Positions 28,011 to 41,254 of a stretch of 64,000 nt of DNA are shown here, piece after piece. The DNA is from Tubiluchus corallicola (lineage: Eukaryota; Animalia; Priapulida). Each line of letters begins with the position of its first letter. Positions within the stretch are counted from its first letter, which is position 1. Location: the NCBI GenBank assembly GCA_030141605.1, contig JAQGDQ010000828.1, positions 27,148 to 91,147 of the forward strand. The letters are read 5' to 3'. The notes below the pieces were generated by a model. That model did no database searches. It was given only the letters and a program-made list of their open reading frames with translations, and had not been told where the DNA came from. A program made the translations under genes and the position numbers.

Positions 28011-28314
28011 GGTTATGAGGACCCAAAAGAAGGAAAGACACACAATTGGTGAAATGATAATTATTAAGATAGTGGATAGAAAAATAAAACACGTTATTTG
28101 AGCTGCGAAAATGACACAAAATGTGAAAACAAAAGATGTAATCATCTGTTTTGGTAAAAGAGAAATGGTGAATGTACTTGTGGTGTAAATAATGGAAATA
28201 ATGAATCCGTAATTATTAAAAGAACGAGAAATTGTTATTTTTAAACTGCGTTATCCAGTATATTGATAAAAAATGTTGTTCGACTTCATAACTGAGGGTC
28301 TTTGACCATTTTCA

Positions 28315-28780
28315 AACGTAACTAAGGTATGGCAGTTTTATTCTAAACGTAACTATGTTATGGCAGTTTTATTCTAAACGTAACTAAGGTATGGCAGTTT
28401 TATTCTAAACGTAACTATGTTATGGCAGTTTTATTCTAAACGCAACTATGTTATGGCAGATTTATTCTAAACGTAACTATGTTATGGCAGATTTATTCTA
28501 AACTTAACTATGTTATGGCAGATTTATTCTAAACGTAACTATGTTATGGCAGATTTATTCTAAACGTAACTATGTTATGGCAGATTTATTCTAAACGTAA
28601 CTATGTTATGGCAGCTTTATTCTAAACGCAACTATGTTATGGCAGATTTATTCTAAACGTAACTATGTTATGGCAGATTTATTCTAAACGTAACTATGTT
28701 ATGGCAGATTTATTCTAAACGTAACTATGTTATGGCAGATTTATTCTAAACGTAACTATGTTATGGCAGATTTATTTCTA
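28315..28780. repeat. 31-bp minisatellite, about 15 copies
   Basis: aaacgtaactatgttatggcagatttattct. Confidence 0.95.
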
Positions 28781-29061
28781 AACTACTCTGGATGCATCTG
28801 CATCTTACTTAGCTTTGGGGTTACATCATTTCTTATCATTGTCTTTTTTCTCACACTATTTTTGTACTAAACTAGAATTTATCCTGAAATTTGAATACGA
28901 GCAATTGTACACTTCATTATCGCTTTGTGATGCAAATGTGCGGTAATTTCCTATGTCACTTTAGTTGCAGACTGTCACACATGTGTCAGGCATGTGTTGC
29001 ACGCATTTTAACTCTTTCACACGCGCACATCCACCAAATTTCACTTTTCACTCATTACATA

Positions 29062-31275
29062 GCTTCACAAGCAAGTCTGCAAGTCACTTGGCTTCGTTTA
29101 CCATCATTGCCAGTCATGACACAATTAGTGTAGTACTACTCTTCACTTCATAAGCAAGTCTGCAAGTCACCTGGCTTCGTTTACCATCATTGCCAGTCAT
29201 GACACAATTGGTGTAGTACTACTCTTCACTTCACAAGCAAGTCTGCAAGTCACCTGGCTTCGTTTACTATCATTGCCAGTCATGACACGATTAGTGTAGT
29301 ACTGCTCTTCACTTCACAAGCAAGTCTGCAAGTCACCTGGCTTCGTTTACCATCATTGCCAGTCATGACACAATTAGTGTAGTACTACTCTTCACTTCAT
29401 AAGCAAGTCTGCAAGTCACCTGGCTTCGTTTACTATCATTGCCAGTCATGACACGATTAGTGTAGTACTACTCTTCACTTCACAAGCAAGTCTGCAAGTC
29501 ACCTGCCTTCGTTTACCATCATTGCCAGTCATGACACAATTAGTGTAGTACTACTCTTCACTTCACAAGCAAGTCTGCAAGTCACCTGCCTTCGTTTACC
29601 ATCATTGCCAGTCATGACACAATTAGTGTAGTACTACTCTTCACTTCACAAGCAAGTCTGCAAGTCACCTGCCTTCGTTTACCATCATTGCCAGTCATGA
29701 CACGATTAGTGTAGTACTGCTCTTCACTTCATAAGCAAGTCTGCAAGTCACCTGGCTTCGTTTACCATCATTGCCAGTCATGACACGATTAGTGTAGTAC
29801 TACTCTTCACTTCACAAGCAAGTCTGCAAGTCACCTGGCTTCGTTTACTATCATTGCCAGTCATGACACAATTAGTGTAGTACTACTCTTCACTTCATAA
29901 GCAAGTCTGCAAGTCACCTGCCTTCGTTTACCATCATTGCCAGTCATGACACAATTAGTGTAGTACTACTCTTCACCTCACAAGCAAGTCTGCAAGTCAC
30001 CTGCCTTCGTTTACCATCATTGCCAGTCATGACACAATTAGTGTAGTACTACTCTTCACTTCACAAGCAAGTCTGCAAGTCACCTGCCTTCGTTTACCAT
30101 CATTGCCAGTCATGACACGATTAGTGTAGTACTGCTCTTCACTTCATAAGCAAGTCTGCAAGTCACCTGGCTTCGTTTACCATCATTGCCAGTCATGACA
30201 CGATTAGTGTAGTACTACTCTTCACTTCACAAGCAAGTCTGCAAGTCACCTGGCTTCGTTTACTATCATTGCCAGTCATGACACAATTAGTGTAGTACTA
30301 CTCTTCACTTCATAAGCAAGTCTGCAAGTCACCTGCCTTCGTTTACCATCATTGCCAGTCATGACACAATTAGTGTAGTACTACTCTTCACCTCACAAGC
30401 AAGTCTGCAAGTCACCTGCCTTCGTTTACCATCATTGCCAGTCATGACACGATTAGTGTAGTACTACTCTTCACTTCACAAGCAAGTCTGCAAGTCACCT
30501 GGCTTCGTTTACCTTCATTGCCAGTCATGACACAATTAGTGTAGTACTACTCTTCACTTCACAAGCAAGTCTGCAAGTCACTTGGCTTCGTTTACCATCA
30601 TTGCCAGTCATGACACAATTAGTGTAGTACTACTCTTCACTTCACAAGCAAGTCTGCAAGTCACCTGGCTTCGTTTACCATCATTGCCAGTCATGACACA
30701 ATTAGTGTAGTACTACTCTTCACTTCACAAGCAAGTCTGCAAGTCACCTGGCTTCGTTTACCATCATTGCCAGTCATGACACAATTAGTGTAGTACTACT
30801 CTTCACTTCACAAGCAAGTCTGCAAGTCACTTGGCTTCGTTTACCATCATTGCCAGTCATGACACAATTAGTGTAGTACTACTCTTCACTTCACAAGCAA
30901 GTCTACAAGTCACTTGGCTTCGTTTACCATCATTGCCAGTCATGACACAATTTGTGTAGTACTACTCTTCACTTCACAAGCAAGTCTGCAAGTCACTTGG
31001 CTTCGTTTACCATCATTGCCAGTCATGACACGATTAGTGTAGTACTACTCTTCACTTCACAAGCAAGTCTACAAGTCACTTGGCTTCGTTTACCATCATT
31101 GCCAGTCATGACACGATTAGTGTAGTACTACTCTTCACTTCACAAGCAAGTCTGCAAGTCACCTGGCTTCGTTTACCATCATTGCCAGTCATGACACAAT
31201 TGGTGTAGTACTGTTCTTCACTTCATAAGCAAGTCTGCAAGTCACCTGGCTTCGTTTACCATCATTGCCAGTCAT
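29062..31275. repeat. 83-bp minisatellite, about 27 copies
   Basis: cacaagcaagtctgcaagtcacctggcttcgtttaccatcattgccagtcatgacacaattagtgtagtactactcttcactt. Confidence 0.97.
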
Positions 31276-32369
31276 TTGTGTTTTAATTCGTTTATTAATC
31301 AAGCTTTTGTCGCAATTTGATTGAAATTAATTTTGTAAATGATTTATCAAATATAAATCATAATAGTGTTTTTAAGCCAATGTTACAAGCTTCATAAATA
31401 TTTAGCAAGTGCATTAAATATTTTGCAATAATACTATACTAGCAAACGCCCCGCAAAAAATGTTGCACGTAAGTACACTTATAATCAAAAATACGCGAAC
31501 ATCCTACACAGTCCTCATTTACAATGCAAAGCAAGTAGCTGTTTTTACTGAATTAAACTTAGAAGGTTATAGACAGAGTATAATGGATGACGTCACAACA
31601 ATGGCTTTACGTCAGCAGTTTTTCAAGCGAAAATTGCCAAAAATAGAACATCTAATTAACTCGTCGGTATTCCTCTTGGTGGACACGTCCTAAAATATAG
31701 CTCACATCATCGTGTAGCCCTGTTCTTTCTCTTTCTAAAGACCTATATATCACCTTCAAAGAGCCCCACCAGGTGCCGCTGGAACATTTTTTCTACAAGC
31801 CGTTTGACCAAAATTTCGAAAAAATTGAGAATTGGGTCCGGGAAAATGCCCGTTACGGGAAGCCGTGGCCCTCTCGCGAATATATATATATATAACATAC
31901 CAGGGAAATGACTATATACGATGCTTTCTTATAATGCTTCTAAAATAAACTTGTGTTATTTATACAGGTAAATTTGCCTACTACAGTGGAGGCGGCTACG
32001 TAAAGACGTTTGACTCGAAATCTGACTGAAAACAAATCCATTATTAACTCTCTAAGGAACTCCAGATGGATAAATGATCACACTCGTGCTCTAATGATTG
32101 AATTCACTTTGTTTAACTCCAACACAAATTTGTTTAGTGTTATCATTCTAGCCGTGGAATTTACTGGATCTGGTGTCGTGGCTCCATATCACAGTATTAT
32201 GACAATGGACCTTGTGAAATATGTAAAGACTGAATCGTGGTCTACTGCAATGCTTGAAATATTCTACTTATTTCTAGTTCTAGTTTTTGCAATCAGAGAA
32301 GTGGCAAAACTTTATAACTTGAAAACTGCATACTTTTTTGAATTATGGAATTACATTGAGTTAAGCATA
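31271..32369 (+). pseudogene. Inverted segmental duplicate of 42895..43990 (intron plus 5' part of the polycystin channel exon from 31968)
   Basis: Near-identical reverse-complement match. It has an extra base after YSGGGYVK and is truncated after WNYIELSI. Confidence 0.93.
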
Positions 32370-32376
32370 ACCCTCA

Positions 32377-32572
32377 CCCACTGAGAACAGAGCTTGTTAG
32401 AGTGATTAGATAGTAAAAAAGAAAATTTGTGACTTTCAAATTCGATTCGAATTCGCTTTATGGTGGAGAATGGTCAGCACTAATCCTTAGCTGATTCACT
32501 GTATGTTTTTTTATTCTTAATCTTTTCTTTTTTTATTATCTAATCACTCTAACAAGCTCTGTTCTCAGTGGG
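32377..32572. mobile_element. 196-bp MITE with about 40-bp terminal inverted repeats
   Basis: cccactgagaacagagcttgttagagtgattagata ... tatctaatcactctaacaagctctgttctcagtggg. No TSD evident. Confidence 0.8.
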
Positions 32573-32836
32573 ATTTGCATCACATTGGCGTGTTGTGAAC
32601 AAGATTTAAAATCATCATTAAACCTTATTGACCAACAGACCAAATTCTTCAGCCTCTGGTAATAATTTTGCTCAAAATATGTATTTGTTATGATGATTTA
32701 TTAATTATGTACTAGCAAAGGCCTGCAAAACATTTTGCATATAAATACACTTATAATCAAAAATATTTTGATCCATTTTTGGAGGTTTTTCGCCCCCCGT
32801 TCTTCCCGGGGGTCCGATTCGAAAAATAAAACTGCA

Positions 32837-32966
32837 CTTATCGTCAAAATGGCGCCAATCGTATTTTCCAGAATGCATTCTTCTGGGGTTAATGCTTACT
32901 GACATCTGCGTATCGAGCAAATTCTCCATGTAATATATTTGCTCACTTAGCTCAAATTTTTTGTTA

Positions 32967-33001
<35 letters not shown>

Positions 33002-33490
33002 TTTTCTCTATGTCTCTCTCCCTGCCCCACTGTCTCTCTTTCTCTCTCTCTCTCCCTGCCCCACTGTCTCTCTTTTTTTTTATCTCTCTCTCTCCCTGCC
33101 CCACTCTCTCTCTTTTCTTTATCTCTCTCTCTCCCTGCCCCACTCTCTCTCTCTTTCTCTCTCTCTGTCTCTCTCCCTGCCCCACTCTCTCTCTTTCTTT
33201 ATCTCTCTCTCTCTCTGTCTTCATCCTCCCCCCTCCATTTCTTTATATTTCTCTTTCTGCTCCCTTCCCTCTTTCTCCCCCTCTCTCTCTCACTCTTGCG
33301 ATTTCACGCTCTCTTTTCTCTTATCTCTCTTTCTCTTATATTTTTCTCTTATCGTCAAAATGGCGCCAATCGTATTTTCCAGAATGCTAATCCGGGATTC
33401 GTATAATATCTTAATCGTATCTTCCGGGATTAATGCTTACTGCCATCTGCGTATCGAGCAAATTCTCCATGTAATATATTTGCTTACTTA
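32837..33490. repeat. CT-rich tract (about 32965..33345) flanked by an approximately 110-bp direct repeat
   Basis: cttatcgtcaaaatggcgccaatcgtattttccagaatgc...gagcaaattctccatgtaatatatttgct on both sides. Confidence 0.85.
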
Positions 33491-33736
33491 TTTCCCCACT
33501 AGAGGGAACCACAAAGTTGCTTCTCGTGTTATTTAGGTAGCCGAGCTGGTAAATAGGAGTGCCTGGCTTCCTTACTCACCTGACTTACCTGCGTCAGCAG
33601 TGATAAAGTCTTCTGATTACATTGTTTAAGCAGCTCAAACGATTTCATGCTTCTAGATGCACGCTACGAAATTAGCTCCAATTCAATTCATTTCAAAACC
33701 TCGTGGTGGTTCAGAATAAACAGCAAAAATTCACAT

Positions 33737-34127
33737 TGTGAAAGTTGTAACTGTATATTTCAGGTGCTGCCATCTATTGATTAGTCACTTTAACATTTTA
33801 CTAGTTAAATTCACCTCTAGTACAATTGTTCAGTCCAGTGAATATGCAAACTCACTGGATCTCCCCTATTTTTACTGTAATGGGATATGTGAAGCCAAGT
33901 TTTTGCATAGTTCTCTACCTATATAAACTGGCTATATTTCACTTCTAGCCACTGTCTAATTTTTCGTGATCAGTGCAGGACACTCTGGTCCTCAGTGTAG
34001 TTTAGCAGTCATGTTTCATATAACTATGTAGTGTAATAAAGTGTTGCAGTTTTTGTGCAAACATGTAATATGGTGTTTAGTTGTTTTCTACAAGTGTTCA
34101 ATTTCAACTTCATAACTAACTTTCACA
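33737..34127 (+). mobile_element. Solo LTR (391 bp) with 5-bp TSD CACAT
   Basis: TGTGAAAGTT...AACTTTCACA, cacat on both flanks, near-identical to the reverse complement of 20195..20631. Confidence 0.9.
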
Positions 34128-34631
34128 CACATAATTCAAAACGATAACAATGTATTGAGATAAAAAGTAACAGAAAACACTTTTGTGTGGGAAATTAAAC
34201 AAAATGTTATGTAACTGAAACTAATTTACTAACTTTCAACAGCAAACATGTTCACATTCATACTGAAGTGAATTATAGTTGAAGCAGAAAGAAGAAATAA
34301 CAACAACTTCTTTCAAAGTTTGGGTCACAAAACTTGCTTGCAAACTTTCACATTATCAGCAGTCAAGTCGTAATTTCACTTTAGGCATGTCAACGGTTCC
34401 TTGCAAACATTTTGACAAAAATTAATAAGTTTTGACTCAGCATTCTAAAAATTTGTTGATCGTTTAGTTTATATACTGGCCAACTTTATCAAGTGCATTA
34501 ACTGATTTGGCAGTATCCTGCTGATTGTCCGGTTTTTCAGTTTCCGGTTCCTCTGTTTCTTCAGTTGCATTTTGCGGCTCTCCTGTCGCATTATCATCTT
34601 GAACTGCTTTTATTTTTTCCTTCCCAAAAAT

Positions 34632-37600
34632 CTACAATGACCCTAAGAGGATCAGAATACCCACCATGATGCCTGGTTTGACTTTGGATACAGATAACAT
34701 TGACGAGTTTGGAATTTCAACTGCATCTATTTCTGCTGTCGTCGTTGCTGTTGTTGTCATTGTTGGTTGTATATCACACCCAAAATCTTCAAGTTTAGCA
34801 TTATTAACCTTTTCAGGCCACACGCAGTCAACCCTGGTACGATTGTTATTGGACCATGGTGGCAAGACAATCCAGATTAAACTGCAGTCGCATCTCATTT
34901 GCTCATCTAAAAATTAAAATATTTTCAGAAGTCGAAATTATCTTCAGTTGTAGTCAGCCATCAAAAAACGTCATTTAACCTGAGAAAACTAAAAAAATAG
35001 ATTCTTCTTACAACACAAACTTGTGTCCGAGTAATTTTTTTTTGCATTTTGAAATATATATGTACCGTTTTAACGCTCCCTTTATATACAATGTTTATAA
35101 TACATAAAGCAATTCACTCATCACAGAATTCACGCAAAACGATCTATTCATTACAGAAAACGGAGGCAGTTAGTCACAATTTCTGAAAAAGTTTCTTCCG
35201 AATATAGCAGAAAAGAATAAAAAATTAACGTGTCAACGAAACTATTGAAAGTGGTTTAACTTTATATAAACAATAAATATTGAAACTTTTTCTTACGATA
35301 AACGTCTCCTTATAAACAACATTTGACTTTTCTTTTACGTGAGCAGTTTAAGTTGATGGAATCTTCTGCTGTAATTGATTATTTTTTGTATAATTCGGTT
35401 ATTATCATTATCATCATATGTATGTGTGTTCATGCGTGCGTGCGTGCGTGCGTGCGTGCACACATGTAAGATTTTAATAGATTTATTTCGCATTAAACAT
35501 ATACATATACATCACATTACATTACATGTGCATCAGGTTTTGTTAATACAAAAATATGATAAAATTCATGTATACTGCGCTAGAGACCTAGGAAGCTAGC
35601 TTATGGTAGGCCACTAGAATTACGAAAAAAATTGCAATATATACAACATTACAACATTACAATATACAACATTACAATATACAACATTACATATACAACA
35701 TAGATACAACATTACAATATATACAAATATAAATATAAATACGGGTGGGAAGTATTAAAAATTTTATTTTACTATACAGTTTTTGAAAAAGAAAACAACA
35801 AATCATGATTGAGTCATCAGTTATATGTTTCGAGAAAGTTTAATTTATATATTTTTTTAAATATGGAAAGCGAGTTGACATTTTTAATAGCTGGAGCAAT
35901 TGAATTCCATATGTAAGGGCCATTGTATTTAATAGAAAATTTTCTAACATTAGTGTTACACTGTATGTAGTGATAGTGCAGCCTATAACGTGTGCCGTAA
36001 TTATGTATCTCAGCATTCAAACAAAAATAATCAGTAAATAAGGGAGGCAATAATTTATGAGAGAATTTGTACATGAAAATGGCAGTTTGGAACTTATTAA
36101 TGTCGTAAATGTTTAGAAAGTTTAGTCTTTTAAATATTGGCTGTGTATGGTCCTGATAACCGGCAAATGTTATAGCTCGCACTATTTTCTTCTGAATCAG
36201 ATGAATTTTTTTCAATCGACTGGAGTATGTGCTTCCCCAAATAATGTTCGAATTATTTAGATATGGTAAAAAAAAGAGAATTATATAATAATACAAGTAC
36301 TGAGCTAGGCAATTTGTGTCTAACTCTATATATAATGCCTATGATTTTTGAGATTTTGCTTTTGATAAATCTAAGATGTTCTTGCCAAGTTAAGTGTTCA
36401 TCAATGATGATGCCTAAGAACTTAGTATATTTTACTTGATTTATTGGACCTTCATCGATTTTTACTATAAAATTACTAGGGATTCTTTTATTTTTATTTG
36501 TGAATACAATAAATTTGGTTTTTTCAATATTCAGTGATAACTTATTAGCTTTAAACCAGGTGGAGAGATGTACAAGTTCTTGGTTTACAGTATTTATCAT
36601 TGATTCATAGTTTGAGTGATTATAGAATATGTTAGTATCATCGGCAAATAAAATGAAGTCTAGCAGAGTAGAGACATTGTGGAGATCATTAATATAGAGA
36701 AGAAAAAGCAATGGACCTAAGATTGAGCCTTGGGGGACACCATAATTGATTTGCTTCAAAGAAGAAAATGTGTTTTCAATTAGTACGGATTGTTTTCTGT
36801 TGTGTAAATAACTTGTAAACCACTGTAAAGGTAGACCTCTGACACCATAGTTGTTTAATTTATCTAAGAGTATTTGATGGTCAATAGTATCAAAGGCCTT
36901 AGATAAATCAATAAAAATACCTATTGTAAATTCATTATTGTCAATTGCATTTTAATATTAAATCAAGAAGTTCAAGTAGAGCCATGTAAGTGGAGTGGTT
37001 TTGTCTAAAGCCTAGTTGTTTGTTATATAATATATTGTTTTTTTTAATGAAACTTAGTAGTCTATTATACATTAGTCTTTCAAGAATTTTGGAAAAACAG
37101 GGAAGAATTGAAATGGGTCTATAATTTTGAAACTGGGACTTATCACCAGTTTTAAAAATTGGATTAACCTTGGCTATTTTCAGAGAGTCTGGGACTATAC
37201 CTGTTGAAAATGACTTGTTAAACATATAAAGTAGAGGTTCAGCAATACAGTTGATGGATTTTTTAAGGATAATTTGTGATATATCATCATACCCTGTACT
37301 GTTTTTATTTTTTAAATTATTTGCCACATTTAATAGCTCCATTTTGTCAATTGGAAGCAACTGCATTGAATTCCTACATGGATTTGGTAAGTATGAAAAA
37401 TATGATGTATTTGTAGAGGGAATTTTTCCTGCTAGAGTTGATCCTACATTTACAAAATAGTTATTAAAGCCATCCGATATTTCTTTTGATGTCATTGGGT
37501 TATGGTGTGATTTTTTGAAATGTGACTGTTCTATATGAGAAGTGTCTTTTTTATTAATAGCTAAATTTATAATTTTCCACGTTTTTCTCATGTTATCCAT

Positions 37601-40600
37601 ATTACTTTTAATTGTATTGGCATAATAATCTTTTTCGGCTTTTCTAAGTATTGAGGTTAGGTTATTTCTATAAGTTTTATAATGGTCAATGTTCAGATCA
37701 GTAGGGTTTTTTAATTTTAGCTTATATAATTTATTTTTGTGTTTAATTGAGTGTATCAAGCCGCTTGTTAGCCAAGGTTTATTTAACGTCCGTGGCTTTA
37801 CTATTTTTGTGACTAGTGGAAAGCTATCATTGTAAATATTGTAGTAATCTTTAAAGAAGGATTGAAATGCCGAGTCAGGATTTTGTATGCAAAAAATTTG
37901 GGACCAGTCATGGGATACTAGTTTGGACTTGAAGTCTGCGATGGTGCTATCATTAAAGATTCTAAATTTTGAAACTATTGGTTTTGAGTGAAGTGCCACT
38001 TTTAAACTAGTTACTGAATAAATGGGAAAATGGTCAGATATATCACTGTAGAGAATATATATCTGACCATTTTCCCATGTGCGCGTGTGATTTAGCTATA
38101 TATATATCTTTCTTCTCTTAATTACATGCTTACAGTTGCTACGCCTACGATATTATTTTTGTGAAAACCAATGTAAAAATTGGTCCTTGAAATCAAGAAC
38201 AGGACAGCATTAAAAATAGTTTGGAGAAAGAGGGTCACACATCATAGCTTTAGTTTTTTGAGAGGTGATTTTAGTTCATTTTTGTAAAAGTGTAATTAGT
38301 AATTATAAATGGCTGTGTTAATGGAGAGAATTTTTTATACTTATATTTATAATATTTTGCAAGTTATGAAGGAATCAGGAATACAAAATACGAATACAAA
38401 TACAGGTTTTTTGGAGTCCTCAGGAGGAAGACTTGAGAGACGAATTTCGGCTGCTAAACTATTATTATTAGGTAAACTTTCCGAATCTACAACTCTGTGT
38501 GAAAAACCATTCAGTCCCATACACTTATTACACCTGAACTTGCATAACTGATGAATGGCCTAATGGTCACCTGGTCACCTTAGTAATCAATTTGGTCACC
38601 TGCGGTCTCAATTGCAACCGTTAACTTACATCTTTATCATATAAATTATATTTATTAAGTTGTTATAAGCCTCTATCATGTCGCCTCTCAGTCTATTGTA
38701 AGCTGGTGTTGACAATTTTAAGAACATTTTCAGGTCATTATACTATAATTCTCTCAAATCACTAAGCTTTCTTGACGCATATCTTTGTACTTGTTTCAGC
38801 TGATGGATGTATTTGACCATTGATGGCTGCCACATTCAGCTGATGGATGTATTTGACCATTGATGGCTGCCAGATTGAGCTGATGGATGTATTTGACCAT
38901 TGATGGCTGCCAGATTGAGCTGATGGATGTATTTGACCATTGATGGCTGCCAGATTCAGCTGATGGATGTATTTGACCATTGATGGCTGCCACATTCAGC
39001 TGATGGATGTATTTGACCATTGATGGCTGCCAGATTGAGCTGATGGATGTATTTGACCATTGATGGCTGCCAGATTGAGCTGATGGATGTATTTGACCAT
39101 TGATGGCTGCCAGATTCAGCTGATGGATGTATTTGACCATTGATGGGTGCCACATTCAGCTGATGGATGTATTTGACCATTGATGGCTGCCAGATTGAGC
39201 TGATGGATGTATTTGACCATTGATGGCTGCCAGATTGAACTCGAAAACTCCAAAAGATGGTCCTTTACGAGGAATTTGTACAGACAGATGAACATACTAT
39301 TGGTCAAAGAAGTAAATGCTCTAGCTATTATCCTCACTATCTTCTTAGCTTTGTTCATCTTTTCCCGGACATGAGATTCAAATGTAAGCAGTCTATTAAA
39401 ACTTCAAAGTCTTTGTGTGACTCATCCCAGGTTATCCCGTTATTAACCCTTTCAGTCCCAAATTATTTTTTAATAAGATAAATTTTTTTGCTTGGTACTT
39501 TTGTTCAGCATGTCCATCTTGTTTACACATAATAATTTTTTTTTTCTACCTGTGCCCGCGTACTAAATATAGCCTGTATCCCAATGGGATATATTGGGAT
39601 TCAATGGAAGCATAAAATGTGCTTCATTTTGCAACTGCTGATAATTTTTAAAGTATTTAAGACATTTAGTATGCATGCTATGCTGATCTGTACAAAGTCA
39701 TCTCTAAAGTACTGTACCTTGCATAGTTTTTATGCTATGTAGATTTTCTAGTTTGCCATTTTATCACCATTTTAGTCTATTATTATTGGCTTAAATCAAA
39801 ATAACTATTAACAGATCAAATAACTGTCAGTTTTAAATTTTTTTAATTTTAAAGGCAGAAAATATTCTCGTATCCCACGGGATACAACAGGTATGAAAGG
39901 GTTAACTTCATCTCTAATATTAACTAATTACATCTGGTCAGCTGGAGATATTATCTGCAGCGTCAGAGATTTTCTCGAGCGCTGGATTTAGAAAAATAAT
40001 GCAATGTCTCTTCTAGGCTTCCGTATGACAATGCTGCTTTACACGGCCACGACACGCTTATTTTTTTCTTGCCTATAATTTCCTTTCTGATTGCTTTCTC
40101 GCAGGATTTAGGAAATTCTGGATATGAAAGCTGAAATACGGGTTTAATCATTAACCTACTAAGCTGGGGTAAAAAATTACTTCATATAAAATTTTGTGAA
40201 CATTTCTTCATTTTAGTTGCTTGATGGGAAGTTTTGCTATACAGGTGACTAAGCGTGAAGCTGATGAAGATGCTGCAAGTGAAGACGAAGTGGATGCGTC
40301 AGAATTAAACAGTGAACATCATCAGTTTATTATGTCACAACACTTGCTAAAACACGCAAAAATTATGTAGCACAAGCAACATAGTGCAGTGGTGGAACAT
40401 CTCTTTGTATCCTTCTACTCTTAGATATCTAGGACAACTTGACCCAGAACTTGATTTTGCACTACCAGGGGCACCTCGATTGCTAGTTGGTCATTCTACA
40501 CACTTAGTAACACCTATTAAACGAAATTTTCCCGGGGTAATTTTTGAACCCGCTTGGTCATTACTGTAATATAATTACCCCTTGGTAAGCTAAGGGTTAA

Positions 40601-41254
40601 ATCAATCATACAATGGGTAAGATAATTAGCACTATTCTGTAGTACTTTTGAAAACATACCAATCAGCTCAATCGTCACATTTTCAGCTGCTACACTGTTG
40701 CTAATTTTAGGATCCTTCAGTCCTTGAATACTGTTAGCCTCGAAGCGCAAACTACTAAAATACGGATTATTAGAAAGGTCTAATTCCAGAGTTCCTGTCA
40801 GCTGTTCATTAGCAGCGAAGAAAATGTCGTTGACCTCTGCATACTTGAATGCTTCTGGATGTATGTAAGAAAGATTGGTGCCATCAATAATGATGAAATG
40901 TACACGGCAATTTATTGAATATTTTCCCAACCCTTTTAAGTTGCCACGATGTATCAGTATGACCCCACCAAATTCTGCTGATACGTTATGTATCACTTTT
41001 CCTTGAAGAAAATTGTCAGGCAACTCGGTTCCTTGGTAATTGTACAATTCAAATCCGACGAGTCGGTCGTAACTTGCCAAATCGGCATCTATTCTTGCAA
41101 GTTCAAGCTTGCTAGGTACATTCCAGCATTGTGCATGACAATAACCTGGTCGATTTGATGGATCCAATTTACAACCTTGAACTGTTTTATTGCAATCATC
41201 TGACAGGGAAGAACTTACTAATGCTGAGAGACAGACTGCAACTAGCAGCGTCAT
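34632..41254 (-). CDS. LRR cell-surface protein: join(complement 40660..41254, 34632..34906); signal peptide, LRR-like repeats, LRRCT, Thr stalk, hydrophobic C-terminus
   Basis: MTLLVAVCLSALVSSSLS, Cys-rich cap, ELPDNFLQG, NLSYIHPEAF, LDLSNN. The G|gtatgt donor and tttag| acceptor join as IELIDEQMRCDCSLIW...C..P. Confidence 0.75.
35635..38043 (-). mobile_element. 5'-truncated CR1/L2-group LINE ORF2 (EN C-terminus + RT), frameshifted, in the LRR gene intron
   Basis: SDHFPI, KPWLT, NYRPISIL, FIDLSKAFDTIDH, GVPQGSILGPLLFLLYINDL, FADDT, and a 3' tail of short tandem (tgtaat/ttgta) repeats at about 35635..35730. Confidence 0.93.
38740..39442 (-). mobile_element. CR1-type LINE 3' ORF2 fragment containing a 40-bp minisatellite (38796..39238, about 11 copies)
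   Basis: LTFESHVREKMNKA...LYKFLVK..LEFSSSIWQP before the array and QVQRYASRK after it. Confidence 0.75.
39447..39901. mobile_element. Non-autonomous piggyBac-type element
   Basis: TTAA|CCCTTTCA ... TGAAAGGG|TTAA. Confidence 0.85.

Noticed and set aside
27727-28145. ORF-track proteins 27727..28101 (+) and 27744..28145 (-)
   Set aside because: Shadow frames of the Gly/Tyr repeat exon; the splice phase selects the third frame.
29062-31275. CRISPR-like appearance of the tandem arrays
   Set aside because: Units are contiguous with no unique spacers, there are no cas genes, and the context is eukaryotic.
32961-33536. Leu/Ser-rich and Glu/Arg-rich ORFs
   Set aside because: Translations of the CT/GA tract.
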